Positions 40,376-53,967 are shown, numbered from the whole stretch's first letter. The stretch is DNA of 63,948 nt, filler included, from Octopus bimaculoides (GCF_001194135.2; 9 parts of 7 records of this genome joined end to end with filler, not necessarily neighbours in it), one strand, 5' to 3'. A program made the numbers and translations. The notes: generated from the sequence alone by a model not told the origin.

Positions 40376-43231
40376 TATATATATATTNNNNNNNNNNNNN
40401 NNNNNNNNNNNNNNNNNNNNNNNNNNNNNNNTTAATTAATTAANNNNNNNNNNNNNNNNNNNNNNNNNNNNNNNNNNNNNNNNNNNNATGCATAAACATA
40501 TATATGCATGTATGCATATATATACATATATATGTACATACATAAATATATACATATATATATGTTTACATATGCACACATACGCAAGTAGACGAATATA
40601 TCTTCGTTAATACGATTTCTAAAGCTTACCATATTACTGTTTGCGTATACGAAAATATATGTGTATCTGTTGGTGGTGCGTGTCACAATTACGCACATAC
40701 ACATTCACACCTATGTACGTGTGTATGAGTGTGTGTCCATATATATATACACACACACACACACACNNNNNNNNNNTATATATGTATGTATATATATATT
40801 TACATACACAAGCGCGCATATATGTATATATACACACGCGAGCGCATATATGTATATATATACACGCACTTATTTATAAATTTATATCCATATATATATA
40901 TATATATTTATGTACATATAATTATATAAAAGGCTGTGTATGTGTGTGCTTGCAAGTATATATCTACGTATGTATTTATGCATGCATGTATGTATATATG
41001 TATGTGTGTATGTATGAATGCATGCATATATATACGAATCTATGCTCACATATATATAATATATACACACACATATATAATATATATAATGTCACTACAA
41101 ATATACATATATATATACTTGCACCCGTAAATAAATGCACATGCATATGCGCGCGCATATGTTTATACACTTGTGTGTGTAAGACCGCATGCTTGCGTGT
41201 GCTTTTGCGTGGGTGGGTGTGTCGGCGTGCGCATGCATTTGTGTGTATATCTGTGTGTGTGTGTCTGTCTGTCTCTGTGTGTATGTTGGAAGTGTACGTG
41301 TGTACGCATGAGTATCTGTAAGGCTTCGAAATATGGCGATAAAATGTGAGATAGCATTTACATACGAGAAAAACGTGTTGCGCGCAAGTGTGTGAAACTG
41401 TTTACGTGTGCGTCTCCAAGATCGCTGGAGGAGAAAACCTTGCTAAGCATAGCTGAAATTGAAGCATCTACGCATCTACGTTTCGACAGAATTTTAAAAA
41501 CACATAAGAACGCAAACAAGAGGCTCGTTTGCAATTTATAGTAACCTGCCTGGCTTGTTAGTAAGTCACAGATGTTAAGCGGAGTTAACGCCAAATTTGC
41601 ACTTGCGTANNNNNNNNNNNNNNNNNNNNNNNNNNNNNNNNNNNNNNNNNNNNNNNNNNNNNNNNNNNNNNNNNNNNNNNNNNNNNNNNNNNNNNNNNNN
41701 NNNNNNNNNNNNNNNNNNNNNNNNNNNNNNNNNNNNNNNNNNNNNNNNNNNNNNNNNNNNNNNNNNNNNNNNNNNNNNNNNNNNNNNNNNNNNNNNNNNN
41801 NNNNNNNNNNNNNNNNNNNNNNNNNNNNNNNNNNNNNNNNNNNNNNNNNNNNNNNNNNNNNNNNNNNNNNNNNNNNNNNNNNNNNNNNNNNNNNNNNNNN
41901 NNNNNNNNNNNNNNNNNNNNNNNNNNNNNNNNNNNNNNNNNNNNNNNNNNNNNNNNNNNNNNNNNNNNNNNNNNNNNNNNNNNNNNNNNNNNNNNNNNNN
42001 NNNNNNNNNNNNNNNNNNNNNNNNNNNNNNNNNNNNNNNNNNNNNNNNNNNNNNNNNNNNNNNNNNNNNNNNNNNNNNNNNNNNNNNNNNNNNNNNNNNN
42101 NNNNNNNNNNNNNNNNNNNNNNNNNNNNNNNNNNNNNNNNNNNNNNNNNNNNNNNNNNNNNNNNNNNNNNNNNNNNNNNNNNNNNNNNNNNNNNNNNNNN
42201 NNNNNNNNNNNNNNNNNNNNNNNNNNNNNNNNNNNNNNNNNNNNNNNNNNNNNNNNNNNNNNNNNNNNNNNNNNNNNNNNNNNNNNNNNNNNNNNNNNNN
42301 NNNNNNNNNNNNNNNNNNNNNNNNNNNNNNNNNNNNNNNNNNNNNNNNNNNNNNNNNNNNNNNNNNNNNNNNNNNNNNNNNNNNNNNNNNNNNNNNNNTA
42401 TATATATATATATCAGTTGCACAAATTGAAATAAAGGTAAAGAGTTACTGAGAGAAGGGAGTTAAATGAATGCGTACAGGTGGATTAGCGTAGGTAAGAG
42501 GTTAAATAGCTTTTGAACTTCTAACTAATGATTCCAAGCCATGATCAAAGATATCCTTCATTTATTCGATACGCTAATGATTATCCCAAGTAAGAAGCGT
42601 TTCGGGGCCTAAAATTAAACATGGCATTAGCTACAGTTGATCCTTTAAATCACCAGAAATGCAAAACGTTACACGAATGTGCTTGTAACTATTTCAATAT
42701 TCACCCTTTAGCAGTCGGTTCCAATTACAAAATTCTCTCTCACTCTCCAAGCTTTTTCACTCCAATACCACTTGACAACACTGATGTAACTCCCATTAAA
42801 GTGGATCGTTACGTTATGTAATGCTCGTAACGTACAAAACCCAAATTAGCTTGCAATTTTCTTTTGTTCTCTACATGTCTGCGTTGCATATACCTATAAT
42901 GATCTCTCTAGCTCTCTCTCTACCTCTCTCTCTCTCCCCATGTATGTGTGTACATAAAATGATGTGTACATAGTGATGTAAATATAACTGAGACGCCTAT
43001 GTATATGTAAATATATATATATATACATATTTCCATATGCATAGGCGTATACATATATATATNNNNNNNNNNCTCTCTCTCTCCCCATGTATGTGTGTAC
43101 ATAAAATGATGTGTACATAGTGATGTAAATATAACTGAGACGCCTATGTATATGTAAATATATATATATATACATATATTTACATATGCATAGGAGTTTA
43201 TATATGTATGTATATATGTTAACATATGCAT

Positions 43232-43395
43232 AGGCGTAGGAGTGGCTGTGTGGTAAGTAGCTTGCTTACGAACCACATGGTACCGGGTTCAGTCCCACTG
43301 CATGACACCTTGGGCAAGTGTCTTCTTCTATAGCCTCGGGCCGACCAAAGCCTTGTGAGTGGATTTGGTAGACGGAAACTGAAAGAAGAGCGTCG
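43232..43395 (+). mobile_element. SINE family A head, near consensus
   Basis: ggagtggctgtgtggtaagtagcttgcttacgaaccacatggtaccgggttcagtccc...gaaactgaaagaagagcgtcg. Confidence 0.88.
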
Positions 43396-43511
43396 TATAT
43401 ATGTATATATATGTATGCGTGTGTATATGTTTGTGTATATATGTATGTATGTATGCATGTATATACATACATGCATATATATATGCGCATATATATATGC
43501 GCATATATATA

Positions 43512-43660
43512 ACGGCCTTCTTTCAGTTTCCATCTGCCAAATCTACTCACAAACCATTTTTTTTGGCCCTGAGGATATAGTAGGAGTGCCACGCAGAGAC
43601 TGAACCCTGAATCATGTGGTTTGCAAGCAAATTTCTTACCACACAGACACGCCTGCACCT
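43512..43660 (-). mobile_element. SINE family A head, inverted relative to 43232-43395
   Basis: Plus strand reads acggccttctttcagtttccatctgccaaatctactcacaa...actgaaccctgaatcatgtggtttgcaagcaaatttcttaccacacagacacgcctgcacc. Confidence 0.75.
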
Positions 43661-43739
43661 ATGTATGTGAGCTTAATAAATATAATCCACACTTCTTTTC
43701 CCCCTTTTTTTCTGCTACTGGCAGCAGAATGGATCATTC

Positions 43740-44165
43740 TCGGTTGTGTTAGTCACGTATTAGTGGTGCTAATGAGGACGGATGTTTACGAGAGAAACAA
43801 GTTCGATACTCTCTAATGACAAGTGCATTGGACGCCGAGGTTAACAATCTGGTCCAAGATGCCCCCACGGTATCTGACATTTTTCGTCTAAAGTAGGTCA
43901 AGATTGCAGACATGTGCAATTTCCGACAAGTTTCTTCATGACATCCTCCAACTTATGTGATGCATCCTTCTGTGGAACTCTGCTCCACTTAGATCAATCC
44001 AAAGTCTTCGACAGAGGCAACTACCCATACTTGACATCTTTTAGTCGATTTCCCTACTGATTCCAGAGTCTCTATCGCTCCAGTTTACAACAGCATTTGC
44101 CCTGTCATTAGGATAAATAACCACATATCGAATCCCTTTCGAAGAAATGGTATTCGCAAGCGTTT
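43740..44165 (+). mobile_element. L1/Tx1-clade LINE reverse transcriptase fragment, decayed
   Basis: LDQSKVFDR at 43989-44015 (LD..KAFDRV motif), followed by IAPVYNSICPVIRINNHISNPF (I..LY....S.VRING..S.PF). Confidence 0.7.
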
Positions 44166-44833
44166 ACCGCTGGATAACTCGGGAGATGTTTGTCAGTATA
44201 ATAGTGATGGTTGTGTTGGTGGCTGTTGCTTTGTAATAACGATGGAGGGGATAATGGTAGTTCCCGTAATGATTATGGTGCTAATGGTGATGATGGTGGA
44301 AGTGGTTGTGGTGGTGGCGATGATGTCAGTGGTGGTGGCGTTAGTAAGAAATGTAGTAGTGGTGAGGCTGAACTCGTGTTTCTGATAGTAGTAATAACCG
44401 TTTTGATGGTAGTGGCGGTGGTGGTCGTGGTGATGCTTTGGTGACGGTTATAAACGTAGTCGTAGTCATAGTCGTGGTTGTCGTTGTCCTCTTTGTGATG
44501 ATACTGGAGGTGGTGTTGGTTATGGTGGTGTTGGTGGTGGTGGTGGCGGTTGTGGGTGGTGTAGTTTTGTGGACTTAGTCTATAAGTTGGCATGTTATGA
44601 GATTATCAATGATTGTTTCTTGTCCTACAGACAAAGTGTTGCAAGAGTATGATAGATACTTAAATATATCTTTCCTTTTACATTTGTACACACACACACA
44701 GGCACACACACACACACACATATATATATGTATATATATACTTCCTTTTACATATGCATGTATATATATATATATATAAATATATATGCGTGTGTGTGTA
44801 TGTGCATGCATGTATTTATGTATGTGTATATGT

Positions 44834-44880
<47 letters not shown>

Positions 44881-46384
44881 GTATGAATATATATATATAC
44901 ACGCATATATATACACACCCACACACACATATATATATATGAGTGCATATATATATATATATATATATTTACATATTTACTCTAGCTTCAGGCTTTAGAC
45001 GGCGCGTCGTACTTCTGAATTCCCATCATATATTTAATATATAAAAGTAGATAAAGATGTAAACAGACATTCAATTAGTTTTAAACACATTACAACGTAT
45101 TTTGGACAGGATGTCAATAATTCGACTTGAATAAATGCGAGGGTAATAAATCTGATGTTTCTATCACAAGCAATCTTACCGTAATTGCGCAAACCAAAAT
45201 AGTTGCTACACCAAGTTAAAAAAAAAATGTTTCTTGTTTATTTGGAGTTCATTTTCTTTCCTTTTAACGATAGGCTAACTTGTCTCTTGCTTTTGTTTGA
45301 GGTTTTAGGCTGTTGTTTTTCTTTTGTTTCTATTTGTTGTTTTTTTTTATTTAAGATAAACTGGATTTCTTTGAGAGTAATATATCACCATTTCAGTTGG
45401 TTTTAAATATTTAGTTATTTATTGGCAGTTAATTAGAGGTGGTTATTAGCCTTTATACTGCCTGTTATTTGTTTAAGAGCAGAGTAAGTTTAAGACATTT
45501 TTTTTTTCAGCTGATTCTATTAAACTACCAAAGAGCAAATCATTAAAAAGTGGCTTATTAAAGCAATCTCTGAACTGAAAAATCCGCTGATTTAAATTGT
45601 TTATGATTACATGTGAAACTTTGGTGTCATCGGCCGAATAAAAATTATAGAATATGTTAAGCGAAAAGTGTTGTTGCTGTTGTAATCCCAATTCACTTCA
45701 GTCTTGGTATACCCCGGTTAATTGATTATATCTGGAACCTGTATAAATTTCTCTTGGTCCGTTGTGGAGAACCCTCATTCGTCGTGAGTTCCATTCTACC
45801 CTTGTCTATTCTGCCCTTACATGTTCCCGCCTTACTGATCATACCTCTGCCCTTTTCTCCTCCCAGACAGCCGTCCCGGAATTGCATCCCATTTTCCCCA
45901 TCCTTTTCCACCCCTGCAATAAGTGTGTGAATCTGAGAGGGGAATACGTTGAATAAAATCATAATTAACTGATCCTCCTGCATTTCTTTTACCCAGAGCC
46001 AGCATCTTTTCAAAAGTATCCCAACTCGTGCATATATATATATGTATGTGTATATATATATACATATATATATANNNNNNNNNNNNNNNNNNNNNNNNNN
46101 NNNNNNNNNNNNNNNNNNNNNNNNNNNNNNNNNNNNNNNNNNNNNNNNNNNNNNNNNNNNNNNNNNNNNNNNNNNNNNNNNNNNNNNNNNNCCTGCAATA
46201 AGTGTGTGAATCTGAGAGGGGAATACGTTGAATAAAATCATAATTAACTGATCCTCCTGCATTTCTTTTACCCAGAGCCAGCATCTTTTCAAAAGTATCC
46301 CAACTCGTGCATATATATATATGTATGTATATACATACATATACACACACAAATACATATGTATATATACTATTTTTACTTCTA

Positions 46385-46555
46385 CTAGCATCACTCATTG
46401 GACTGTGGCCATGCTGTGGCACCACCTTGAAGTTGTTTGCAAAACATGTATATATCTACTGACAAGGCTTTAGTCGCCCCAAAACTATAGTAGAAGACAT
46501 TTGCCCAAGGTGCTGCACAGTAGAACTGAACCCGAAACCATGGGATTGGGAAGCA
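46385..46555 (-). mobile_element. SINE family A with internal deletion (tail joined near head)
   Basis: gactgtggccatgctgtggcaccacc tail, then acaaggctttagtcgccccaaa...gaagacatttgcccaaggtg...gaactgaacccgaaaccatg head. Confidence 0.7.
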
Positions 46556-46704
46556 AAATGCGTAGTTTCGATTCGTGAAGCTCTGGGTTGTGGGTCCAGT
46601 ATTTCTCCACCCCGCCACTCTGCGCAAAGAGTTATTACACAAAGATATAATATAACGTTTTCTGTTATGTGTTACATTAATTCTGTTACATCATCCATCA
46701 TATG

Positions 46705-46739
<35 letters not shown>

Positions 46740-47551
46740 TATGCATCGGCCTGTGTCAAATAAACGAATTATAATAACTACACAATACAAGCGGCAGCAC
46801 TGGAATGTTAATTTACTTACGGAAAGGCGACATTAAACTTTACCGAATAGCTCAAGAGGAATATTTGACAAGCTACATGCATAGATATATGCGTTGTAAA
46901 TTTTTCTCAGTGACTCTCCATTTGCTATTTTCAGATCTACCAGAAGCAAATCAATTTTGTTTCTCAGTAGTTCTTCGTGTCCGAATATCACGTGGAAGAA
47001 AGGACCCGCCTACACGTGGAGTTGAAACTGCAATTTCCAATATCTTCCAGTACTTTACATCTTCATCACTTCTCCATCGTTGCAGGGCTTTTCTGCCTGT
47101 GTTGGCGAAGTGGTTCTAAAATAAGTGTCACTCGGCGGCGGAATCCGATCTGATTCTTTAGACTCGAAGGCCTGACTTCAGTGGCTCAGCAAGATGGCTC
47201 AGCAAGATGGCTGCCGTGAGTAGCAAGATGGCTGCCGTGAGTAGCAAGTTGTACACTGACGTGGCTTTGTCATAGGTGAGCATATTCTGGAGTTATTGAA
47301 AAGGTGTCAAAGAGGGTACCGGACATTCTGAAGGGTTTTGCTCTTTATTTGCTGTCTAGGTAGACTTCTGAAGCCTTTTCCTTTCCGAAACAACTCACAA
47401 AGGAGTTAGGGATTTTGCTTGGAGTTTCTTTGTTCCAGAGCATCTCTCTCACCAACCTCCGGGACAACACCTTTTCCATTTTGTCTGCTAGGACCTTGAG
47501 GCAGTCTAAATTACAGAAAATTCTACGTTTCAGTCCTTTATTGCTTTGTTG

Positions 47552-47583
<32 letters not shown>

Positions 47584-47743
47584 GGTGGTGGNNNNNNNNN
47601 NNNNNNNNNNNNNNNNNNNNNNNNNNNNNNNNNNNNNNNNNNNNNNNNNNNNNNNNNNNNNNNNNNNNNNNNNNNNNNNNNNNNNNNNNNNNNNNNNNNN
47701 NNNNNNNNNNNNNNNNNNNNNNNNNNNNNNNNNNNNNNNNNNG

Positions 47744-47775
<32 letters not shown>

Positions 47776-48938
47776 GGTGGCAGCGGCGGCGGCGGTAGTG
47801 GTGGTGGTGGTGGCGGTGGTGGTGGTGGCGGCGCCGGCGGAATTAGTTCATAAGATGGCATATTGTATCGGTGATTGTCTCTAATTATACAAAGTGTTAC
47901 AAGTTTGATAGGTTTTTCAAATATTTCTTTTCACGTATATATGTTGACATGTACACATATTCACCCATACATTTATAGAGACAGAAAGCTAGGGAAAGAC
48001 AGACAGACAGAAAGAATATTAAATATGTATATAATTTCAGAAGTAGTACCATAGGTCTAAAACTATGTTTTATACATACATACGTACATATATATATATA
48101 TATATATACATATATACACATATACTATGTGTATGCATGTTTGTCTCTTCTATTTTTTAATTATCATTAAAAACTAGAAGAGACATACATACATATAGTA
48201 TATGAGTATATATGTATATGTATGCGTTTATGTATGTGTACGTATATGTACACTCCCACACACAAACACATACACATATATGTATGTATGTATGTATACA
48301 TATGAGTAAATAATGAGTTTAAGAGTTGACTATGTCTTCTATCTATACTTCGATACTCGAATTTGAGACAAAATATTTTACAACTAAATCTCTTGATTGG
48401 TTTGTTATTAATCATTTTTGCCTTGTATTACATGATTTGCTTTCGTGTGACTAATAACTGTATGATTGCTGGAGTAATTGGCTGTGAAACAAAACATTTT
48501 ATGATAGATCAGACTGGTTTATTGTTCTCGACGTTGTTATTCGTGTTTTTCTTTAATATTATATATATATATTTTTCAAGTGTTTTAGTTTATATAGATT
48601 GAAGTAAAAATACGGACCGACACTTCACAATGAGCCAAGCCGTCTGATTAATTGTCAAAATCTCATTCGCCAGCACGCTCCAGCCACTTTAACACAAGAC
48701 GCCTTGGTTCTTCTGTATGACCGTGTGTATAAGCTCACTTAGACACTCCCATCCGACATATTCTTCTTTATTACTGTCCTAATCTCCTTCTCTCCCTTTC
48801 TATCTATCTATCTATCTATCTATATATATATATATATATATATATATCTTTTTCTCCTTCTTTGTCGTACAAGACTCGCTTTGTTCGCTTATTATTTTCT
48901 AGAACTGCTACCTCCTTGGATATGTCCTTTTCTTACAT

Positions 48939-48973
48939 CAGCGGTCCCCAAACTTCTTTGCACAACGGACCTG
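48939..48973 (+). mobile_element. hAT-Charlie-like terminal fragment
   Basis: CAGCGGTCCCCAAACTTCTTTGCACAACGGACC resembles Charlie-type left ends. The other end was not found. Confidence 0.4.
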
Positions 48974-49030
48974 TTTCCCAATTTCGTTGCTTCTACTAGT
49001 GTTACCGACGTTTCTGCAACTGCTGCAGGG

Positions 49031-49079
49031 CTTCTTCTTCTTCTTCTTCTTCTTCTTCTTCTTCTTCTTCTTCTTCTTC

Positions 49080-49111
<32 letters not shown>

Positions 49112-49200
49112 CTTCTTCTTCTTCTTCTTCTTCTTTTTCTTCTTCTTCTTCTTCTTCTTCTTCTTCTTCTTCTTCTTCTTCTTCTTCTTCTTCTTCTTCT
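49031..49200. repeat. (CTT)n microsatellite running into a gap
   Basis: Direct reading of the sequence. Confidence 0.98.
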
Positions 49201-50087
49201 NNNNNNNNNNNNNNNNNNNNNNNNNNNNNNNNNNNNNNNNNNNNNNNNNNNNNNNNNNNNNNNNNNNNNNNNNNNNNNNNNNNNNNNNNNNNNNNNNNNN
49301 NNNNNNNNNNNNNNNNNNNNNNNNNNNNNNNNNNNNNNNNNNNNNNNNNNNNNNNNNNNNNNNNNNNNNNNNNNNNNNNNNNNNNNNNNNNNNNNNNNNN
49401 NNNNNNNNNNNNNNNNNNNNNNNNNNNNNNNNNNNNNNNNNNNNNNNNNNNNNNNNNNNNNNNNNNNNNNNNNNNNNNNNNNNNNNNNNNNNNNNNNNNN
49501 NNNNNNNNNNNNNNNNNNNNNNNNNNNNNNNNNNNNNNNNNNNNNNNNNNNNNNNNNNNNNNNNNNNNNNNNNNNNNNNNNNNNNNNNNNNNNNNNNNNN
49601 NNNNNNNNNNNNNNNNNNNNNNNNNNNNNNNNNNNNNNNNNNNNNNNNNNNNNNNNNNNNNNNNNNNNNNNNNNNNNNNNNNNNNNNNNNNNNNNNNNNN
49701 NNNNNNNNNNNNNNNNNNNNNNNNNNNNNNNNNNNNNNNNNNNNNNNNNNNNNNNNNNNNNNNNNNNNNNNNNNNNNNNNNNNNNNNNNNNNNNNNNNNN
49801 NNNNNNNNNNNNNNNNNNNNNNNNNNNNNNNNNNNNNNNNNNNNNNNNNNNNNNNNNNNNNNNNNNNNNNNNNNNNNNNNNNNNNNNNNNNNNNNNNNNN
49901 NNNNNNNNNNNNNNNNNNNNNNNNNNNNNNNNNNNNNNNNNNNNNNNNNNNNNNNNNNNNNNNNNNNNNNNNNNNNNNNNNNNNNNNNNNNNNNNNNNNN
50001 NNNNNNNNNNNNNNNNNNNNNNNNNNNNNNNNNNNNNNNNNNNNNNNNNNNNNNNNNNNNNNNNNNNNNNNNNNNNNNNNNNNNNTG

Positions 50088-50405
50088 ATCATTTTCAAGT
50101 ACTGGGGGTGGTTTGTGTTCCCACCAGTTTTTATCATGGGGCAAGTTCAGGTTTTTGCATATTACCCAGTGAATATATTGTGCAGCTCTATCATGCCTGT
50201 TGAGATACTCTGTAGGCGCAAGCAGACTGCACATGGAGACATCATGATGGATGGTATCATTTTGTTGTTGGCATATACGACTATTATGCTGTTTTTTTTT
50301 TCTTCTTTCTTCAAATTTTCTTCCATTTCTCGCCGAGTGTTTTCCGTACCTAGAGCAGAGAAACTCGTTGTATGCATTCCCAGTTTACACACGCAAATTC
50401 ACAGG
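50088..50405 (-). mobile_element. R4/Dong-clade non-LTR retrotransposon, C-terminal zinc-knuckle / pre-REL-endonuclease fragment
   Basis: CSLLAPTEYLNRHDRAAQYIHWVICKNLNLPHDKNWWEHKPPPVLEND matches the C..LA..EY..RHD....YIHW.IC......WYEHKP..V.EN pattern of R4/Dong elements. It runs into an N gap. Confidence 0.8.
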
Positions 50406-50465
50406 TAAAACATGTATTTAAGAAGAAAAAAAATTCATGAATGGATGTTGTTTTCACAGCGATTA

Positions 50466-50626
<161 letters not shown>

Positions 50627-51439
50627 TTCGTTGTTCTCGTTCTTGTACTCGTCGTTTTTGTTGTTCAGTCAGAGCTGAACAGAACTATGATCAGACATAT
50701 CCCATTTGTGACCACCCCATCCCTTTATATAAGAGACCGCATTATCTACTGAGTCCTTAGTTGCTGTTGTTTTTTTTTATATATAAAACGGTGTCTGTGA
50801 TTTCAAAAAGATTTGGGCGCTATTTCTCACAAGTTGAGTAACCACAAACACATTTTCTCTTTAGATCGTGCGTTGCTCTTGATTTCCTTCACCTTTTACC
50901 AAAAGCGTTCCTGATAGTGTCGTGCCTCATAGGTCTGTAGCTTTCTTTCTTTCAAACCGTCATTGTTACCTCCGAAACTATAACCCTACATGTATCTAAA
51001 TCTAAAACGTTTCTCTTGAAAGAAACCGAGGGTAAACCTAGTATTTATTCTATCAGTGTCTTTTGCCGAGTCGAAAAGTTATGGGAACGTAAACACACCA
51101 ATATCGGTTGTCAAGCAATGGGGCGGGTACAAACACAGACCCACACCTATTCATTCGCATACATACGTACGTAGGTACATTTACGCATACACACTCACGC
51201 ACATACATACATACATACATACATACATGCATGCATGCATGCATACATACATACATACATACATACATAAATATATACATGCCCCCCACAATTCTCCGAC
51301 GCGGAGCATCATACGTACATATACAGCATGCTACATCGACAAAAATGTATGCTCGAACCTCCCAACAGATAAACACACACATACACACACGCACGGAAGC
51401 ATACAGACACACACATACACACACGCACGGAAGCATACA

Positions 51440-51487
<48 letters not shown>

Positions 51488-52017
51488 TGGACGGACTGAC
51501 GGTCGCGCACATACACACATTCACAAAATTATACAACAACAGACATCTACTGTGATGTGCACTTTTCTTCATCCCACATCGAAACACACTAATAATGAAA
51601 GGTGAGTCAGATAATCTAATTAGCCGTTACTACATATATTAATTATTGAAACTAGAAGACCTAAACACTAAATAAAAACACAATGAGGTTAGAGTCAAGA
51701 GAAAGAAAATAAAAGCTTAATTATATTAGCATAAGCAAAATGAACAAGGATCCTTACCCACTCATACATTCCTCGAATACGAAGAATGCATGTGTATGTG
51801 TTTATGCATGTGTGTGTGTGTTTTTATGCTGTGTGCTTCTAAAATTTCTCTAAGTAATCAACGCAGTAACAATGCTAACACGTAATGCTCGTAGCCTCTT
51901 CAACATGGTTGTCCGATCGGTTCGTAGTCTCTTCAACATGGTTACCCACCGAACGGATTTTACTACGATATTTTTTCGAACGGGTTTTTAGCAGTACCAT
52001 CTCAGCCAAAGGGTTAT

Positions 52018-52064
52018 TCTGTGCCGACGAAGGGAAATAACCCTAAATCCGTAGGGTCCACAGA
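52018..52064 (+). ncRNA. Type I hammerhead-ribozyme-like motif with two core substitutions
   Basis: Stem I TCTGTG/CACAGA, core CCGACGA (canonical CUGANGA), stem II (A)GGG-AAATAA-CCC(T), TAAA in place of GAAA, stem III ATCC-GTA-GGGT, and a GUC cleavage triplet at 52056-52058. Confidence 0.55.
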
Positions 52065-52909
52065 TACTGCTTTGTGCTGGATAGTATCTATCTGTTTATC
52101 TGTAAGTGCGTAAGTAAGACTGATAAAAGACAAAGAGATAGATATGTGTGGGTGTTCTTGTATATATATATATATATATATATATNNNNNNNNNNNNNNN
52201 NNNNNNNNNNNNNNNNNNNNNNNNNNNNNNNNNNNNNNNNNNNNNNNNNNNNNNNNNNNNNNNNNNNNNNNNNNNNNNNNNNNNNNNNNNNNNNNNNNNN
52301 NNNNNNNNNNNNNNNNNNNNNNNNNNNNNNNNNNNNNNNNNNNNNNNNNNNNNNNNNNNNNNNNNNNNNNNNNNNNNNNNNNNNNNNNNNNNTATATATA
52401 TATATATATATATTCAATTCAATGCAGATCTTGCTTTTCACTTCATATAGCTACATATATATTTTATATATACCATTACATCTCGCTTCATTTCATTGCA
52501 GAGCTTTTCATTTTAATATATATTTGGTTGTTTCTTTTGTTTCTTCTATTATTATGTTCTTGCGTGGGTTGAACGATATCTTGGGATTATTTTTAAGAGT
52601 TGAGTATTACAGCTACTATTGGTTTTAATTATTCAGTTATTAATTGGCATTTAATGATAGCTTATTTACTTTTACATTGCATATTACTGATTTAAGAGCA
52701 TATGTAAGATACTCTATATTCGTTTTCTAAAAAGAAGAGAGAGCACGTGATTATAATTACAATTTATATAATTAGAATTTAAATTTCCGACATACATAAT
52801 TTGCTGAATATTGTAAATGTGCTACAAGATATGATTATTTGGAAATTGCTGACATGCGTTTTCCGAGTGTTGAAAAATACAGACTTGGATTTGAAAATGT
52901 AAAAGTGTA

Positions 52910-53200
52910 AAACCCCCTTCGGTCATGAATGACCATGAGATTGCACCTAGAAGGATACCTTCTGAAATACAAGTCCGAGCGAGATTGTTCATGGAAGACC
53001 CGCAGTAACCCATGGAAAGGCAAAGGACGGCGCAGCTTGGTACCAGTGACATCGCAACTAATTTCTACAGCTGAGTGAACTGGAGTAACGTGAAATAAAG
53101 TGTCTTGCTCAAGAACACAGCACACTGCATATTCCAAGACTTGAACTCAGTACCTCATGATTGTGTGCTAGACATTCTAATCACTGAGCCATGCGCCTTC
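52910..53200 (-). mobile_element. tRNA-headed SINE family D
   Basis: gaaggcgcatggctcagtgattaga...gagttcaag...cttgagcaagacactttatttcacgttactccagttcactcagctgtagaaat. Confidence 0.75.
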
Positions 53201-53667
53201 ACAATGTGGAAATGTAATGCCACGAAAAGTGGTTTTAGAATCGACGTAAAAGTCTGAATCCATGTACAACTGCAATATTTGGCGAAGATCTACGCAAAGA
53301 CAGATCGCTCTAACGGCACCCGACTGCTTGTTAATGGGGGTGGGTATGTGTGTGCTTTGACTTGGTGTGCCTGTGTAATAGTTGAGGGAAGAGCTAAAAC
53401 CCAGTCGATCACCTTAACAGTAATTCGTGTATAACTTTATGAAATGAATAGAATTCGTTCACCGAAATTTATGCAACACTGATTTGACAACTCCTTTCCA
53501 CAATTAAAAAACAATTACATATAAATAAATATATATATATATGTATATATGTATATATATATATATANNNNNNNNNNNNNNNNNNNNNNNNNNNNNNNNN
53601 NNNNNNNNNNNTTAATTAATTAANNNNNNNNNNNNNNNNNNNNNNNNNNNNNNNNNNNNNNNNNNNN

Positions 53668-53720
<53 letters not shown>

Positions 53721-53923
53721 CATACATATATATATATAAACACACACACACACACATGTATATACACTCCAAACTAACTTTCTGTTTATTGTGTATATAA
53801 CTAAAGTATCTCCTCTCGTATTGCAGGAAGTAAACCACGACCCAATCCTGTCCATGCTTCCACTACTGATGGTTGCGGTGCATTTGGTTTTCAGGTTAGT
53901 GCCGACATCTAAACCTGTTTTAC

Positions 53924-53967
<44 letters not shown>

